DNA from: Malacoraja senta
Taxonomy: Eukaryota
DNA: 64,000 nt
Direction of reading: 5' to 3'
Assembly (NCBI GenBank): GCA_038087875.1
Contig: JAXLNO010000544.1
Span: 1 to 64,000, forward strand
Both the position numbers and the translations under genes were made by a program. Below are positions 12,001 through 24,000 of the stretch, piece after piece. Position 1 is the stretch's first letter. Each line of letters starts with the position of its first letter. The notes below the pieces were generated by a model. That model did not search any database, had not been told where the DNA came from, and worked only from the letters and a program-made list of their open reading frames with translations.

Positions 12001-15000
12001 GGGCTGGCGTTGCGGTTTCGAGGCTGTCGTTGGAGTCCCGAGGCTGGCGTTGGGGTTTTGAGGCTGGCGTTGGAGTTCAGAGGCTGGCGTTGGAGTTCAG
12101 AGGCTGGCGTTGGAGTTCTGAGGCTGCCGTTGGGGGTTTCGAGGCTGGCGTTGGGGTTTCGAGGATGCCGTTGGGTTTCGAGGCTGCCGTTGGGGTTTCG
12201 AGGCTGCCGTTGGGGTTTCGAGGCTGCCGTTGGGGTTTCGAGGCTGCCGTTGGGGTTTCGAGGCTGCCGGGGTTTCGAGGCTGACGTGGTGTTTCGAGGC
12301 TGACGTTGGTGTTTCGAGGCTGACGTTGGGGTTTCGAGGCTGACGTTGGTGTTTCGAGGCTGACGTTGAGGTTTCGAGGCTGCCGTTGGGGTATCGAGTC
12401 TGCCGTTGGGCTTAGCGGCTGCCGTTGGGGTTTAGCTGCAGGAGTTGGGGTTTACCTGCAGGAGTTGGGGTTTACCTGCAGCCGTTGGGGTTGAGCGGCT
12501 GGCGTTTGTGGATAGCGGCTGCGTTGGGGCTTCGTGGCTGGCGTTGGGGCTTCGCGGCTGGCATTGGCGTTTAGCGGCTGCGGTTGGGGTTCCGGGGCTG
12601 GCGTTGGGGTTTCGGGGCTGCCGTTGGGGTTTAGAGGCTGCCGTTAGGGTTTAGCGGCTGGCGTAGGGGTTGAGCGGCTGGCGTTGGGGTTGAGCGGCTG
12701 TTGTTGGTGGTTAGCGGCAGGCGTTGGTGCTTCGCGACTGGCGTTGGTGCTTCGCGACTGGCGTTGGGGCTCAGCGGCTGGCGTTGGGGTTTCGAGGCTG
12801 GCGTTGGGGTTTGGAGGCTGGCGTTGGGGTTTGGAGGCTGGCGTTGGGGTTTCAAGGCTGGCGTTGGGTTCGAGGCTGCCGTTGGGATCAGAGGTTGGCG
12901 TTGGGGTTCAGAGGCTGCCGTTGGGGTTTTGAGGTTGCCGTTGGGGTTTAGCTGCAGGCGTTGGGGTTTAGCTGCAGGCGTTGGGGTTGAGCGGCTGGCA
13001 TTGGCGTTTCGGGGCGGACGTTGGGGTTCAGCGGCTGGCGTTGGGGTTTGGAGGCTGGGGTTGGGGTTTGGAGGCTGGCGTTGGGGTTTGGAGGCTGGCG
13101 TTGGGGCTTCGCGGCTGGCGTTGGCGTTTAGCGGTTGCCGTTGGGGTTCAGAGGCTGGCGTTTGAGTCCCGAGGCTGTCTTTGGAGTCCCGGTTGGGGTT
13201 GAGCGGCTGTTGTTGGTGGTTAGCGGCTGGCGTTGGGGCTTCGCGGCTGGCATTGGCGTTTCGGGGCTGGCGTTGGGGTTCATCGGCTAGCGTTGGGGTT
13301 CCGAGGCTGGCGTTGGGGTTTGGAGGCTGGCGTTTGAAGTTTCGAGGCTGCCGTTGGGGATCAGAGGCTGGCGTTGGGGTTCAGAGGCTGGCGTTGGTGT
13401 TTCGAGGCTGGCGTTGGTCCTGAGGCTGCCGTTGGGGTTTCGAGGTTGCCGTTGAGGTTTAGCTGCAGGCGTTGGGGTTGAGCGGCTGGCGTTGGGGCTT
13501 CGTGGATGGCGTTGGGGCTTCGCGGCTGGCGTTGGCGTTCGCGGCTGGCGTTGGGGTTCCGGGGCTGGCGTTGGGGTTCATCGGCTAGCATTGGGGTTCA
13601 GCGGCTGGCGTTGGGGTTCGAGGCTGGTTTTGGGGTTTCGAGGGTGGCGTTGGGGTTTGGAGGCTGGCGTCGGGGTTCAGAGGCTGGCGTTGGGGTTTCG
13701 AGGCTGGTGTTGGGGTTTCGAGGTTGCCGTTGGGGTTTAACAGCTGCCATTGGGGTTTAGCTGCAGGCGTTGGGGTTGAGAGGCTGGCGTTGGGGGTTGA
13801 GCGGCTGGCGTTGGGGGTTAGCGGCTGGCATTGGAGGTTAGCGGCTGGCGATGGGCTTCGCGGCTGGCGTTGGGGCTTCTCGGCTGGTGTTGGGGTTTCG
13901 GGGCTGGCGTTGGGGTTTCGAGGTTGGCGTTGGGGTTTCGAGGCTGGCGTTGTGGTTTCAAGGCTGGCGTTGGGGTTCAGAGTCTGGCTTTGGGGTTCCG
14001 AGGCTGGCGTTGGGGTTTCGAGGCTGGCGGAGTCCCGAGGCTTGCGTTGGGGTTTCGAGGCTGCCGTTGGGGTTTCGAGGCTGCCGTTGGGGTTTCGAGG
14101 GTGCCGTTGGGGTTTCGAGGCTGCCGTTGGGGTTTCGCGGCTGCCGTTGGGGTTTAGCTGCAGGCGTTGGGGTTGAGGGGCTAGCGGGGGTTGAGCGGCT
14201 GGCGTTGGGGTTTGCGGCTGTCATTGGGGTTCAGCGGCTGGCGTTGGGGTTCAGAGGCTGGCGTTTGAGTCCCGAGGCTGGCGTTGGAGTCCCGAGGCTG
14301 GCGTTGGGTTCCGAGGCTGGCGTTGGTGTTCCAAGGCTGGCGTTGGGGTTCAGAGCTGTCGTTGGGGTTCCGAGGCTGGCGTTGGGGTTCCGAGGCTGGC
14401 GTTGGGGTTTCGAGGCTGGCGTTGGGGATTCGAGGCTGCCGTTGGGGTTTCCAGGGTGCCGTTGGGGTTTCACGGCAGCCGTTGGGATTTAGCGGCTGGC
14501 GGGGGTTGAGCGGCTGGCGTTGGGGGTTCGCGGCTGGCGTTGGGGGTTCGCGGCTGGCGATGGGACTTCGCGGCTGGCGTTTAGCGGCTAGCGTTGGGGC
14601 TTCGCAGTTGGGGTTTCGATGCTGGCATTGGGGTTACGAGGCTGGCGTTGGGCTTCAGAGTCTGGCTTTGGGGTTTCGAGGCTGGCGTTGGGGTTTCGAG
14701 GCTGGCATTGGTCCCGAGGCTTGCGTTGGTGTTTTGAGGCTGCCGTTGGGGTTTCGGGGCAGCCATTGGGGTTTAGAGGCTACCGTTGGGGTTTTAGCGG
14801 CTGCCGTTGGGGTTTAGCTGCAGGCGTTGGGGTTGAGCGGTTGGGGTTGAGCGGCTGTTGTTGGTGGTTAGCGGCTGGCGTTGGTGCTTCGCGACTGGCG
14901 TTGGGGCTTCGCGGCTGCGTTGGGGCTTCGCGGCTGGCGTTGGGGCTTCGTGGATGGCGTTGGGCTTCGCGGCTGGCATTGGCGTTTCGGTCTGGCGTTG

Positions 15001-18000
15001 GGTTCATCGGCTAGCGTTGGGGTTCAGCGGCTGGCGTTGGGGTTCGAGGCTGGCGTTGGGGTTTCGAGGCTGGCGTTGGGGTTTCGAGGCTGCCGTTGGG
15101 GATCAGAGGCTGGCGTTGGGGTTCAGAGGCTGGCGTTGGTGTTTCGAGGCTGGCGTTGGTCCCGAGGCTGCCGTTGGGGTTTCGAGGTTGCCGTTGGGGT
15201 TTAGCTGCAGGCGTTGGGGTTGAGCGGCTGGCGTTGGGGCTTCGTGGATGGCGTTGGGGCTTCGCGGCTGGCGTTGGCGTTTCGGGGCTGGCGTTGGGGT
15301 TCCGGGGCTGGCGTTGGGGTTCATTGGCTATCGTTGGGGTTCAGCGACTGTGTTGGGGTTTCGAGGCTGGCGTTGGGTTTCGAGGCTGGCGTTGGGGTTT
15401 CGAGGCTGCCGTTGGGGATCAGGGGCTGGCGTTGGGGTTCAGAGGCTGGCGTTGGTGTTTCGAGGCTGGCGTTGGTCCCGAGGCTGCCGTTGGGGTTTCG
15501 AGGTTGCCGTTGGGGTTTAACGGCTGCCATTGGGGTTTAGCTGCAGGCGTTGGGGGTTGAGCGGCTGGCGTTGGGGGTTGAGCGGCTGGCGTTGGGGGTT
15601 GAGCGGCTGGCGTTGGGGGTTAGCGGCTGGCATTGGAGGTTAGTGGCTGGCGATGGGGCTTCGCGGCTGGCGTTGGGGCTTCTCGGCTGGCGTTGGGTTT
15701 TGGGGCTGGCGTTGGGGTTTCGAGGCTGGCGTGAGGTTTCGAGGCTGGCGTTGGGGTTTAGAGGCTGGCGTTGGGGTTCAGAGGCTGGCGTTGGGGTTCA
15801 GAGACTGGCGTGGGGTTCAGAGTCTGGCTTTGGGGTTCCGAGGCTGGCGTTGGGGTTTCGAGGCTGGCGGAGTCCCGAGGCTTGCGTTGGGGTTTCGAGG
15901 CTGCCGTTGGGGTTTTGGGGCTGCCGTTGGGTTTAGCGGCTGGCGTTGGTGGTTAGCGGCTGGCGTTGGTGCTTCGCGGCTGGCGTTGGGGCTTCGCGGC
16001 TGGCGTTGGGGCCTCGCGGCTGGCGTTGGGGCTTCGTGGCTGGCGTTGGGGCTTCGCGGCTGGCGTTGGGGCTTCGTGGCTGGCGTTGGGGCTTCGCGGC
16101 TGGCATTGGCGTTTAGCGGTTGCCGTTGGGGTTCAGCAGCTGCCGTTGGGTTTCAGAGGCTTGCGTTGGGGGTTTCGAGGCTGGCGTTGGGGTTTGGAGG
16201 CTGGCGTTGGGGCTTCGTGGCTGGCGTTGGGGCTTCGCTGCTGGCATTGGCGTTTAGCGGTTGCCGTTGGGGTTCAGCAGCTGCCGTTGGGGTTCAGCGG
16301 CTGGCGTTGGGGTTTCGAGGCTAGCGTTGGGGTTTGGAGGCTGGCGTTGGGGCTTCGCGGCTGGCGTTGGGGCTTCGCGGCTGGCGTTGGCGTTTAGCGG
16401 TTGCCGTTGGGGTTCAGCAGCTGCCGTTGGGGTTCAGAGGCTGGCGTTTGAGTCCCGAGGGCTGGGGGGCGGCTTGGAGTCCCGAGGCTGGCGTTGGGTT
16501 CCGAGGCTGGCGTTGGGGTTTCGAGGCTGCCCGTTGGGGTTTCGGGGCTGCCGTTGGGGTTTCGACGCTGCCGTTGGGATTTCGCGGCTGCCGTTGGAGT
16601 TTAGCTGCAGGCATTGAGGTGCTGGCGGGGGTTGAGCGGCTGGCGTTGGGGGTTTGCCGCTGGCATTGGGGGTTAGCGGCTGGCGATGGGGCTTCGCGGC
16701 TGGCGTTGGCGTTTAGCGGCTGGCGTTGGGGTTTCGAGGCTGCCGTTGGGGTTTCGAGGCTGACGTTGGGTTCAGAGGCTGGCGTTGGGGTTTCGAGTCT
16801 GGCGTTGGGATTCGAGGCTGCCGTTGGCATTTAGCGGCTGGCGTTGGCGTTCCAGGCTGGCGTTGGGGTTCATCGGCTAGCGTTGGGTTCATTGGCTGCC
16901 GTTGGGGTTCAGCGGCTGGCGTTGGGGTTTGGAGGCTGGCGTTGGGGTTTGGAGGCTGGCGTTGGGATTTCAAGGCTGGCGTTCGGGTTTGGAGGCTGGC
17001 GTTAGGTTCGATGCTGGCGTTGGGGTTTCGATGTTGGCGTTGGGGTATCGAGGCTGGCGTTGGCGTTTCGAGGCTGGCGTTGGTGTTCCGAGGCTGCCGT
17101 TGGGGTTTCGAGGGCTGCCGTTGGGGTTTCGAGTGCCGTTGGGGTTTAGCGGCTGCCGTTGCGGTTTAGCTGCAGGCGTTGGGGTTTACCTGCAGGCGTT
17201 GGGGTAGAGCGGCTGGCGGGGTTGAGCAGCTGGGGTTGAGCGCTGGCGTTGGGGTTCAGGAGGCTGGCGTTGGGGTTCAGAGGCTGGCGTTCAGATGCTG
17301 CCGTTCAGAGGCTGGCGTTTGGGTTCAGAGGCTGGCATTGGGGTCAGAGGCTGGTGGAGTCCCGAGGCTGGCGTTGGGGTTCAGAGGCTGGCGTTCAGAG
17401 GCTGGCCTTGGGTTTTGAGGCTGGCGTTGGGGTTCGAGGCTGGCGTTGCGGTTTCGAGGCTGCCGTTGGGGTTTCGAGGCTGCCGTTGGGGTTTCGAGGC
17501 TGCCGTTGCGGTTTAGCGGCTGCCGTTGGGGTTTAGCTGCAGGCATTGGGGTTTACCTGCAGGCGTTGGAGTTGAGGGGCTGGCGTTGGGGATCAGAGGC
17601 TGGCGTTGGGTTCCGAGGCTGGCGTTTGGGTTCCGAGGCTGGCGTTGGGTTCGAGGCTGGCGTTAGGGTTCCGAGGCTGGCGTTGGGGTTCAGAGGCTGG
17701 CGTTGGGGTTCAGAGGCTGGTGTTGGGGTTCAGAGGCTGGCGTTGGGGTTCAGAGGCTGGCGTTGGGTTTCGCGGCTGCTATTGGGGTTTAGCTGCAGGC
17801 GTTCGGGTTGAACGGCTGGCGTTGGGGATGAGCGGCTGACGTTGGGGTTGAGCGGCTGGCGTTGGGAGTTATCGGCTGGCGTTGGGGTTCAGAGGCTGGC
17901 GTTGGGGTTCAGAGACTGGCGTTGGTGTTTCGAGGCTGCCGTTGGCATTTAGCGGCTGCCGTTGGGGTTTCGAGGCTGCCGTTGCGATTTAGCGGCTGCA

Positions 18001-21000
18001 GTTGGGGTTTAGCTGCAGGCGTTGGGGTTTACCTGCAGGTGTTGGGGTTTACCTGCTGGCGTTAGGGTTTAGAGGCTGGCGTTGGGGTTCAGAGTCTGGC
18101 TTTGGGGTCCGAGGCTGGCGTTGGGGTTTCGAGGCTGGCGGAGTCCCGAGGCTTGCGTTGGGGTTTCGAGGCTGCCGTTGGGGTTTCGAGGCTGCCGTTG
18201 GGGTTTCGAGGGTGCCGTTGGGGTTTCGAGGCTGCCGTTGGGGTTTCGCGGCTGCCGTTGGGGTTTAGCTGCAGGCGTTGGGGTTGAGGGGCTAGCGGGG
18301 GTTGAGCGGCTGGCGTTGGGGGTTTGCGGCTGTCATTGGGGTTCAGCGGCTGGCGTTGGGGTTCAGAGGCTGGCGTTTGAGTCCCGAGGCTGGCGTTGGA
18401 GTCCCGAGGCTGGCGTTGGGTTCCGAGGCTGGCGTTGGTGTTCCAAGGCTGGCGTTGGGGTTCAGAGGCTGTCGTTGGGGTTCCGAGGCTGGCGTTGGGG
18501 TTCGAGGCTGCGTTGGGTTCGAGCTGGCGTTGGGGATTCGAGGCTGCCATTGGGGTTTCGAGGGTGCCGTTGGGGTTTCACGGCTGCCGTTGGGATTAGC
18601 GGCTGGCGGGGGTTGAGCGCTGGCGTTGGGGGTTTGCGGCTGGCGTTGGGGGTTCGCGGCTGGCGATGGGGCTTCGCGGCTGGCGTTTAGCGGCTGGCGT
18701 TGGGGCTTCGCGGTTGGGGTTTCGATGCGGTTGGGGTTTCGATGCTGGCGTTGGGGTTACGAGGCTGGCGTTGGGGTTCAGAGTCTGGCTTTGGGGGTTT
18801 CGAGGCTGGCGTTGGGGTTTCGAGGCTGGCGTTGGTCCCGAGGCTTGCGTTGGGGTTTCGAGGATGCCGTTGGTGTTTCGGGGCAGCCGTTGGGGTTTAG
18901 AGGCTACCGTTGGGGTTTAGCGGCTGCCGTTGGGGTTTAGCTGCGGGCGTTGGGGTTGAGCGGTTGGGGTTGAGCGGCTGTTGTTGGTGGTTAGCGGCTG
19001 GCGTTGGGGCTTCGCGGCTGGCGTTGGGGCTTCGCGGCTGGCGTTGGGGATTCGTGGATGGCGTTGGGGCTTCGCGGCTGGCGTTGGCGTTTCGGGGCTG
19101 GCGTTGGGGTTCCGGGGCTGGCGTTGGGGTTCATCGGCTAGCGTTGGGGTTCAGCGGCTGTGTTGGGGTTTCGAGGCTGGCGTTGGGGTTTCGCGGCTGG
19201 CGTTGGGGTTTGGAGGCTGGCGTTGGGGTTCCGAGGCTGGCGTTGGGGTATCGAGGCTGCCGTTGGGTATCAGAGGCTGGCGTTGGGGTTCAGAGGCTGG
19301 CGTTGGTGTTTCGAGGCTGGCGTTTGTCCCGAGGCTGCCGTTGGGGTTTCGAGGTTGCCGTTGGGGTTTAACGGCTGCCATTGGGGTTTAGCTGCAGGCG
19401 TTGGGGTTGAGCGGCTGGCGTTGGGGGTTGAGCGGCTGGCGTTGGGGGTTGAGCGGCTGGCGTTGGGGGTTAGCGGCTGGCATTGGAGGTTAGCGGCTGG
19501 CGATGGGGCTTCGCGGCTGGCGTTGGGGCTTCTCGGCTGGTGTTGGGGTTTCGGGGCTGGCGTTGGGGTTTCGAGGCTGGCGTTGAGGTTTCGAAGCTGG
19601 CGTTGGGGTTTAGAGGCTGGCGTTGGGGTTCAGAGGCTGGCGTTGGGGTTCAGAGGCTGGCGTTGGGGTTCAGAGTCTGGCTTTGGGGTTCCGAGGCTGG
19701 CGTTGGGGTTTCGAGGCTGGCGGAGTCCCGAGGCTTGCGTTGGGGTTTCGAGGCTGCCGTTGGGGTTTCGGGGCTGCCGTTGGGGTTTAGCGGCTGCCGT
19801 TGGGGTTTAGCGGCTGCCGTTGGGGTTTAGCGGCTGTCGTTGGTGGTTAGCGGCTGGCGTTGGTGCTTCGCGGCTGGCGTTGGGGCTTCGCGGCTGGCGT
19901 TGGGGCCTCGCGGCTGGCGTTGGGGCTTCGCGGCGCGGCTGCGTTGGGCTTCGCGGCTGGCATTGGCGTTTAGCGGTTGTTGTTGGGGTTCAGCGGCTGC
20001 CGTTGGGGTTCAGCGGCTGGCATTGGGGTTTCGAGGCTGGCGTTGGGGTTTGGAGGCTGAGTTGGGGCTTCGCGGCTGGCGTTGGGGCTTCGCGGTTGGC
20101 GTTTAGCGGTTGCCGTTGGGGTTCAGCAGCTGCCGTTGCGGTTCAGAGGCTGGCGTTGGAGTCCCGAGGCTGGCGTTGGGTTTCGAGGCTGGCGTTGGGG
20201 ATTCGAGGCTGCCGTTGGGGTTTCGAGGGTGCCGTTGGGGTTTCGAGGCTGCCGTTGGGGTTTCGAGGCTGCTGTTGGGGTTTCGAGGCTGCCGTTGGGG
20301 TTTCGACGCTGCCGTTGGGATTTCGCAGCTGCCGTTGGAGTTTAGCTGCAGGCGTTGAGGTGCTGGCGGGGGTTGAGCGGCTGGCGGTGGGGGTTTGCCG
20401 CTGACATTGGGGGTTAGCGGCTGGCGTTGGGGCTTCGCGGCTGGCGTTGGCATTTAGCGGCTGCCGTTGGGGTTTCGAGGCTGCCGTTGCGATTTAGCGC
20501 TGCAGTTGGGGTTTAGCTGCAGGCGTTGGGGTTTACCTGCAGGTGTTGGGGTTTACCTGCTGGCGTTAGGGTTTAGAGGCTGGCGTTGGGTTCAGAGTCT
20601 GGCTTTGGGGTTCCGAGGCTGGCGTTGGGGTTTCGAGGCTGGCGGAGTCCCGAGGGTTGCGTTGGGGTTTCGAGGCTGCCGTTGGGGTTTCGAGGCAGCC
20701 GTTGGGGTTTCGAGGGTGCCGTTGGGGGTTCGAGGCTGCCGTTGGGGTTTCGCGGCTGCCGTTGGGGTTTAGCTGCAGGCGTTGGGGTTGAGGGGCTAGC
20801 GGGGGTTGAGCGGCTGGCGTTGGGGGTTTGCGGCTGTCATTGGGTTCAGCGGCTGGCGTTGGGGTTCAGAGGCTGGCGTTTGAGTCCCGAGGCTGGCGTT
20901 GGAGTCCCGAGGCTGGCGTTTGGGTTCCGAGGCTGGCGTTGGTGTTCCAAGGCTGGCGTTGGGGTTCAGAGGCTGTCGTTGGTGTTCCGAGGCTGGCGTT

Positions 21001-24000
21001 GGGGTTCCAAGGCTGGCGTTGGGGTTTCGAGGCTGGCGTTGGGGATTCGAGGCTGCCGTTGGGGTTTCGAGGCTGCCATTGGGGTTTCGAGGGTGCCGTT
21101 GGGGTTTCACGGCTGCCGTTGGGATTTAGCGGCTGGCGGGGGTTGAGCGGCTGGCGTTGGGGGTTTGCGGCTGGCGTTGGGGGTTCGCGGCTGGCGATGG
21201 GCTTCGCGGCTGGCGTTTAGCGGCTGGCGTTGGGCTTCGCGGTTGGGGTTTCGATGCTGGCGTTGGGGTTACGAGGCTGGCGTTGGGGTTCAGAGTCTGG
21301 CTTTGGGGGTTTCGAGGCTGGCGTTGGGGGTTTCGAGGCTGCGTTGGTCCGAGGCTTGCGTTGGGTTTCGAGGATGCCGTTGGTGTTTCGGGGCAGCCGT
21401 TGGGGTTTAGAGGCTACCGTTGGGGTTTAGCGGCTGCCGTTGGGGTTTAGCTGCGGGCGTTGGGGTTGAGCGGTTGGGGTTGAGCGGTTGTTGTTGGTGG
21501 TTAGCGGCTGGCGTTGGGGCTTCGCGGCTGGCGTTGGGGCTTCGCGGCTGGCGTTGGGGATTCGCGGCTGGCGTTGGGGATTCGTGGATGGCGTTGGGGC
21601 TTCGCGGCTGGCGTTGGCGTTTCGGGGCTGGCGTTGGGGTTCCGGGGCTGGCGTTGGGGTTCATCGGCTAGCGTTGGGGTTCAGCGGCTGTGTTGGGGTT
21701 TCGAGGCTGGCGTTGGGGTTTCGCGGCTGGCGTTGGGGTTTGGAGGCTGGCGTTGGGGTTCCGAGGCTGGCGTTGGGGTATCGAGGCTGCCGTTGGGTAT
21801 CAGAGGCTGGCGTTGGGGTTCAGAGGTTGGTGTTTCGAGGCTGGCGTTTGTCCCGAGGCTGCCGTTGGGGTTTCGAGGTTGCCGTTGGGGTTTAACGGCT
21901 GCCATTGGGGTTTAGCTGCAGGCGTTGGGTTGAGCGGCTGGGCGTTGGGGTTTGAGCGGCTGGCGTTGGGGGTTGAGCGGCTGGCGTTGGGGGTTAGCGG
22001 CTGGCATTGGAGGTTAGCGGCTGGCGATGGGGCTTCGCGGCTGGCGTTGGGGCTTCTCGGCTGTGTTGGGGTTTCGGGGCTGGCGTTGGGGTTTCGAGGC
22101 TGGCGTTGAGGTTTCGAAGCTGGCGTTGGGTTTAGAGGCTGGCGTTGGGGTTCAGAGGCTGGCGTTGGGTTCAGAGCCTGGCGTTGGGGTTCAGAGTCTG
22201 GCTTTGGGGTTCCGAGGCTGGCGTTGGGTTTCGAGGCTGGCGGAGTCCCGAGGCTTGCGTTGGGGTTTCGAGGCTGCCGTTGGGGTTTCGGGGCTGCCGT
22301 TGGGGTTTAGCGGCTGCTGTTGGGGTTTAGCGGCTGCCGTTGGGGTTTAGCGGCTGTCGTTGGTGGTTAGCGGCTGGCGTTGGTGCTTCGCGGCTGGCGT
22401 TGGGGCTTCGCGGCTGGCGTTGGGGCCTCGCGGCTGGCGTTGGGGCTTCGCGGCTGGCGTTGGGGCTTCGCGGCTGGCGTTGGGGCTTCGCGGCTGGCAT
22501 TGGCGTTTAGCGGTTGCCGTTGGGGTTCAGCGGCTGCCGTTGGGGTTCAGCGGCTGGCATTGGGGTTTCGAGGCTGGCGTTGGGGTTTGGAGGCTGGAGT
22601 TGGGGCTTCGCGGCTGGCGTTGGGGCTTCGCGGTTGGCGTTTAGCGGTTGCCGTTGGGTTCAGCAGCTGCCGTTGCGGTTCAGAGGCTGGCGTTGGAGTC
22701 CCGAGGCTGGCGTTGGGTTTCGAGGCTGGCGTTGGGGATTCGAGGCTGCCGTTGGGGTTTCGAGGGTGCCGTTGGGGTTTCGAGGCTGCGTTGGGGTTTC
22801 GAGGCTGCCGTTGGGGTTTCGACGCTGCCGTTGGGATTTCGCAGCTGCCGTTGGAGTTTAGCTGCAGGCGTTGAGGTGCTGGCGGGGGTTGAGCGGCTGG
22901 CATTGGGGGTTTGCCGCTGACATTGGGGTTAGCGGCTGGCGTTGGGCTTCGCGGCTGGCATTGGCATTTAGCGGCTGGCGTTGGGGTTTCGAGGCTGCCG
23001 TTGGGGTTTCAAGGCTGACGTTGGGGTTCAGAGGCTGGCGTTTGGGTTTCGAGTCTGGCGTTGGGGATTCGAGGCTGCCGTTGGCATTTAGCGGCTGGCG
23101 TTGGCGTTCCGGGGCTGGCGTTGTGGTTCATCGGCTAGCGTTGGGGTTCATCGGCTGCCGTTGGGGTTTGGAGGCTGGCGTTGGGGTTTGGAGGCTGGCG
23201 TTGGGTTTGGAGGCTGGCGTTGGGATATCAAGGCTGGCGTTCGGGTTTGGAGGCTGGCGTTAGGTTCGATGCTTGCGTTGGGGTTTCGATGTTGGCGTTG
23301 GGGTATCGAGGCTGGCGTTGGCGTTTCAAGGCTGGCGTTGGCGTTTCGAGGCTCCCGTTGGGGTTTCGAGTGCCGTTGGGGTTTCGAGTGCCGTTGGGGT
23401 TTAGCGGCTGCCGTTGCGGTTTAGCTGCAGGCGTTGCGGTTTACCTGCAGGCGTTGGGGTGGAGCGGCTGGCGGGGTTGAGCAGCTGGCGTTGGGGTTGA
23501 GCGGCTGGCGTTGGGGTTCAGAGGCTGGCGTTGGGGTTCAGAGGCTGGCGTTCAGATGCTGGCGTTCAGAGGCTGGCGTTGGGGTTCAGAGGCTGGCATT
23601 GGGGTTCAGAGGCTGGTGGAGTCCCGAGGCTGGCGTTGGGGTTCAGAGGCTGGCGTTCAGAGGCTGGCCTTGGGGTTTTGAGGCTGGCGTTGGGGTTTCG
23701 AGGCTGGCGTTGCGGTTTCGAGGCTGCCGTTGGGGTTTCGAGGCTGCCGTTGGGGTTTCGAGGCTGCCGTTGCGGTTTAGCGGCTGCCGTTGGGGTTTAG
23801 CTGCAGGCATTGGGGTTTACCTGCAGGCGTTGGGGTTGAGGGGCTGGCGTTGGGGGTTGAGCGGCTTGCGTTGGGGGTTAGCGGCTGGCGTTGGGGTTCA
23901 GAGGCTGGCATTGGGGTTCAGAGGCTGGCGTTGGGGTTCCGAGGCTGGCGTTGGGGTTTCGAGGCTGGCGTTGGGGTTTCGAGGCTGCCGTTGGCATTTA

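Noticed and set aside
1..23500. Abundant 19- and 21-bp monomer variants as biological signal
   Set aside because: Mostly single-base changes in G-runs that differ between otherwise identical HOR copies, as expected from long-read consensus error.
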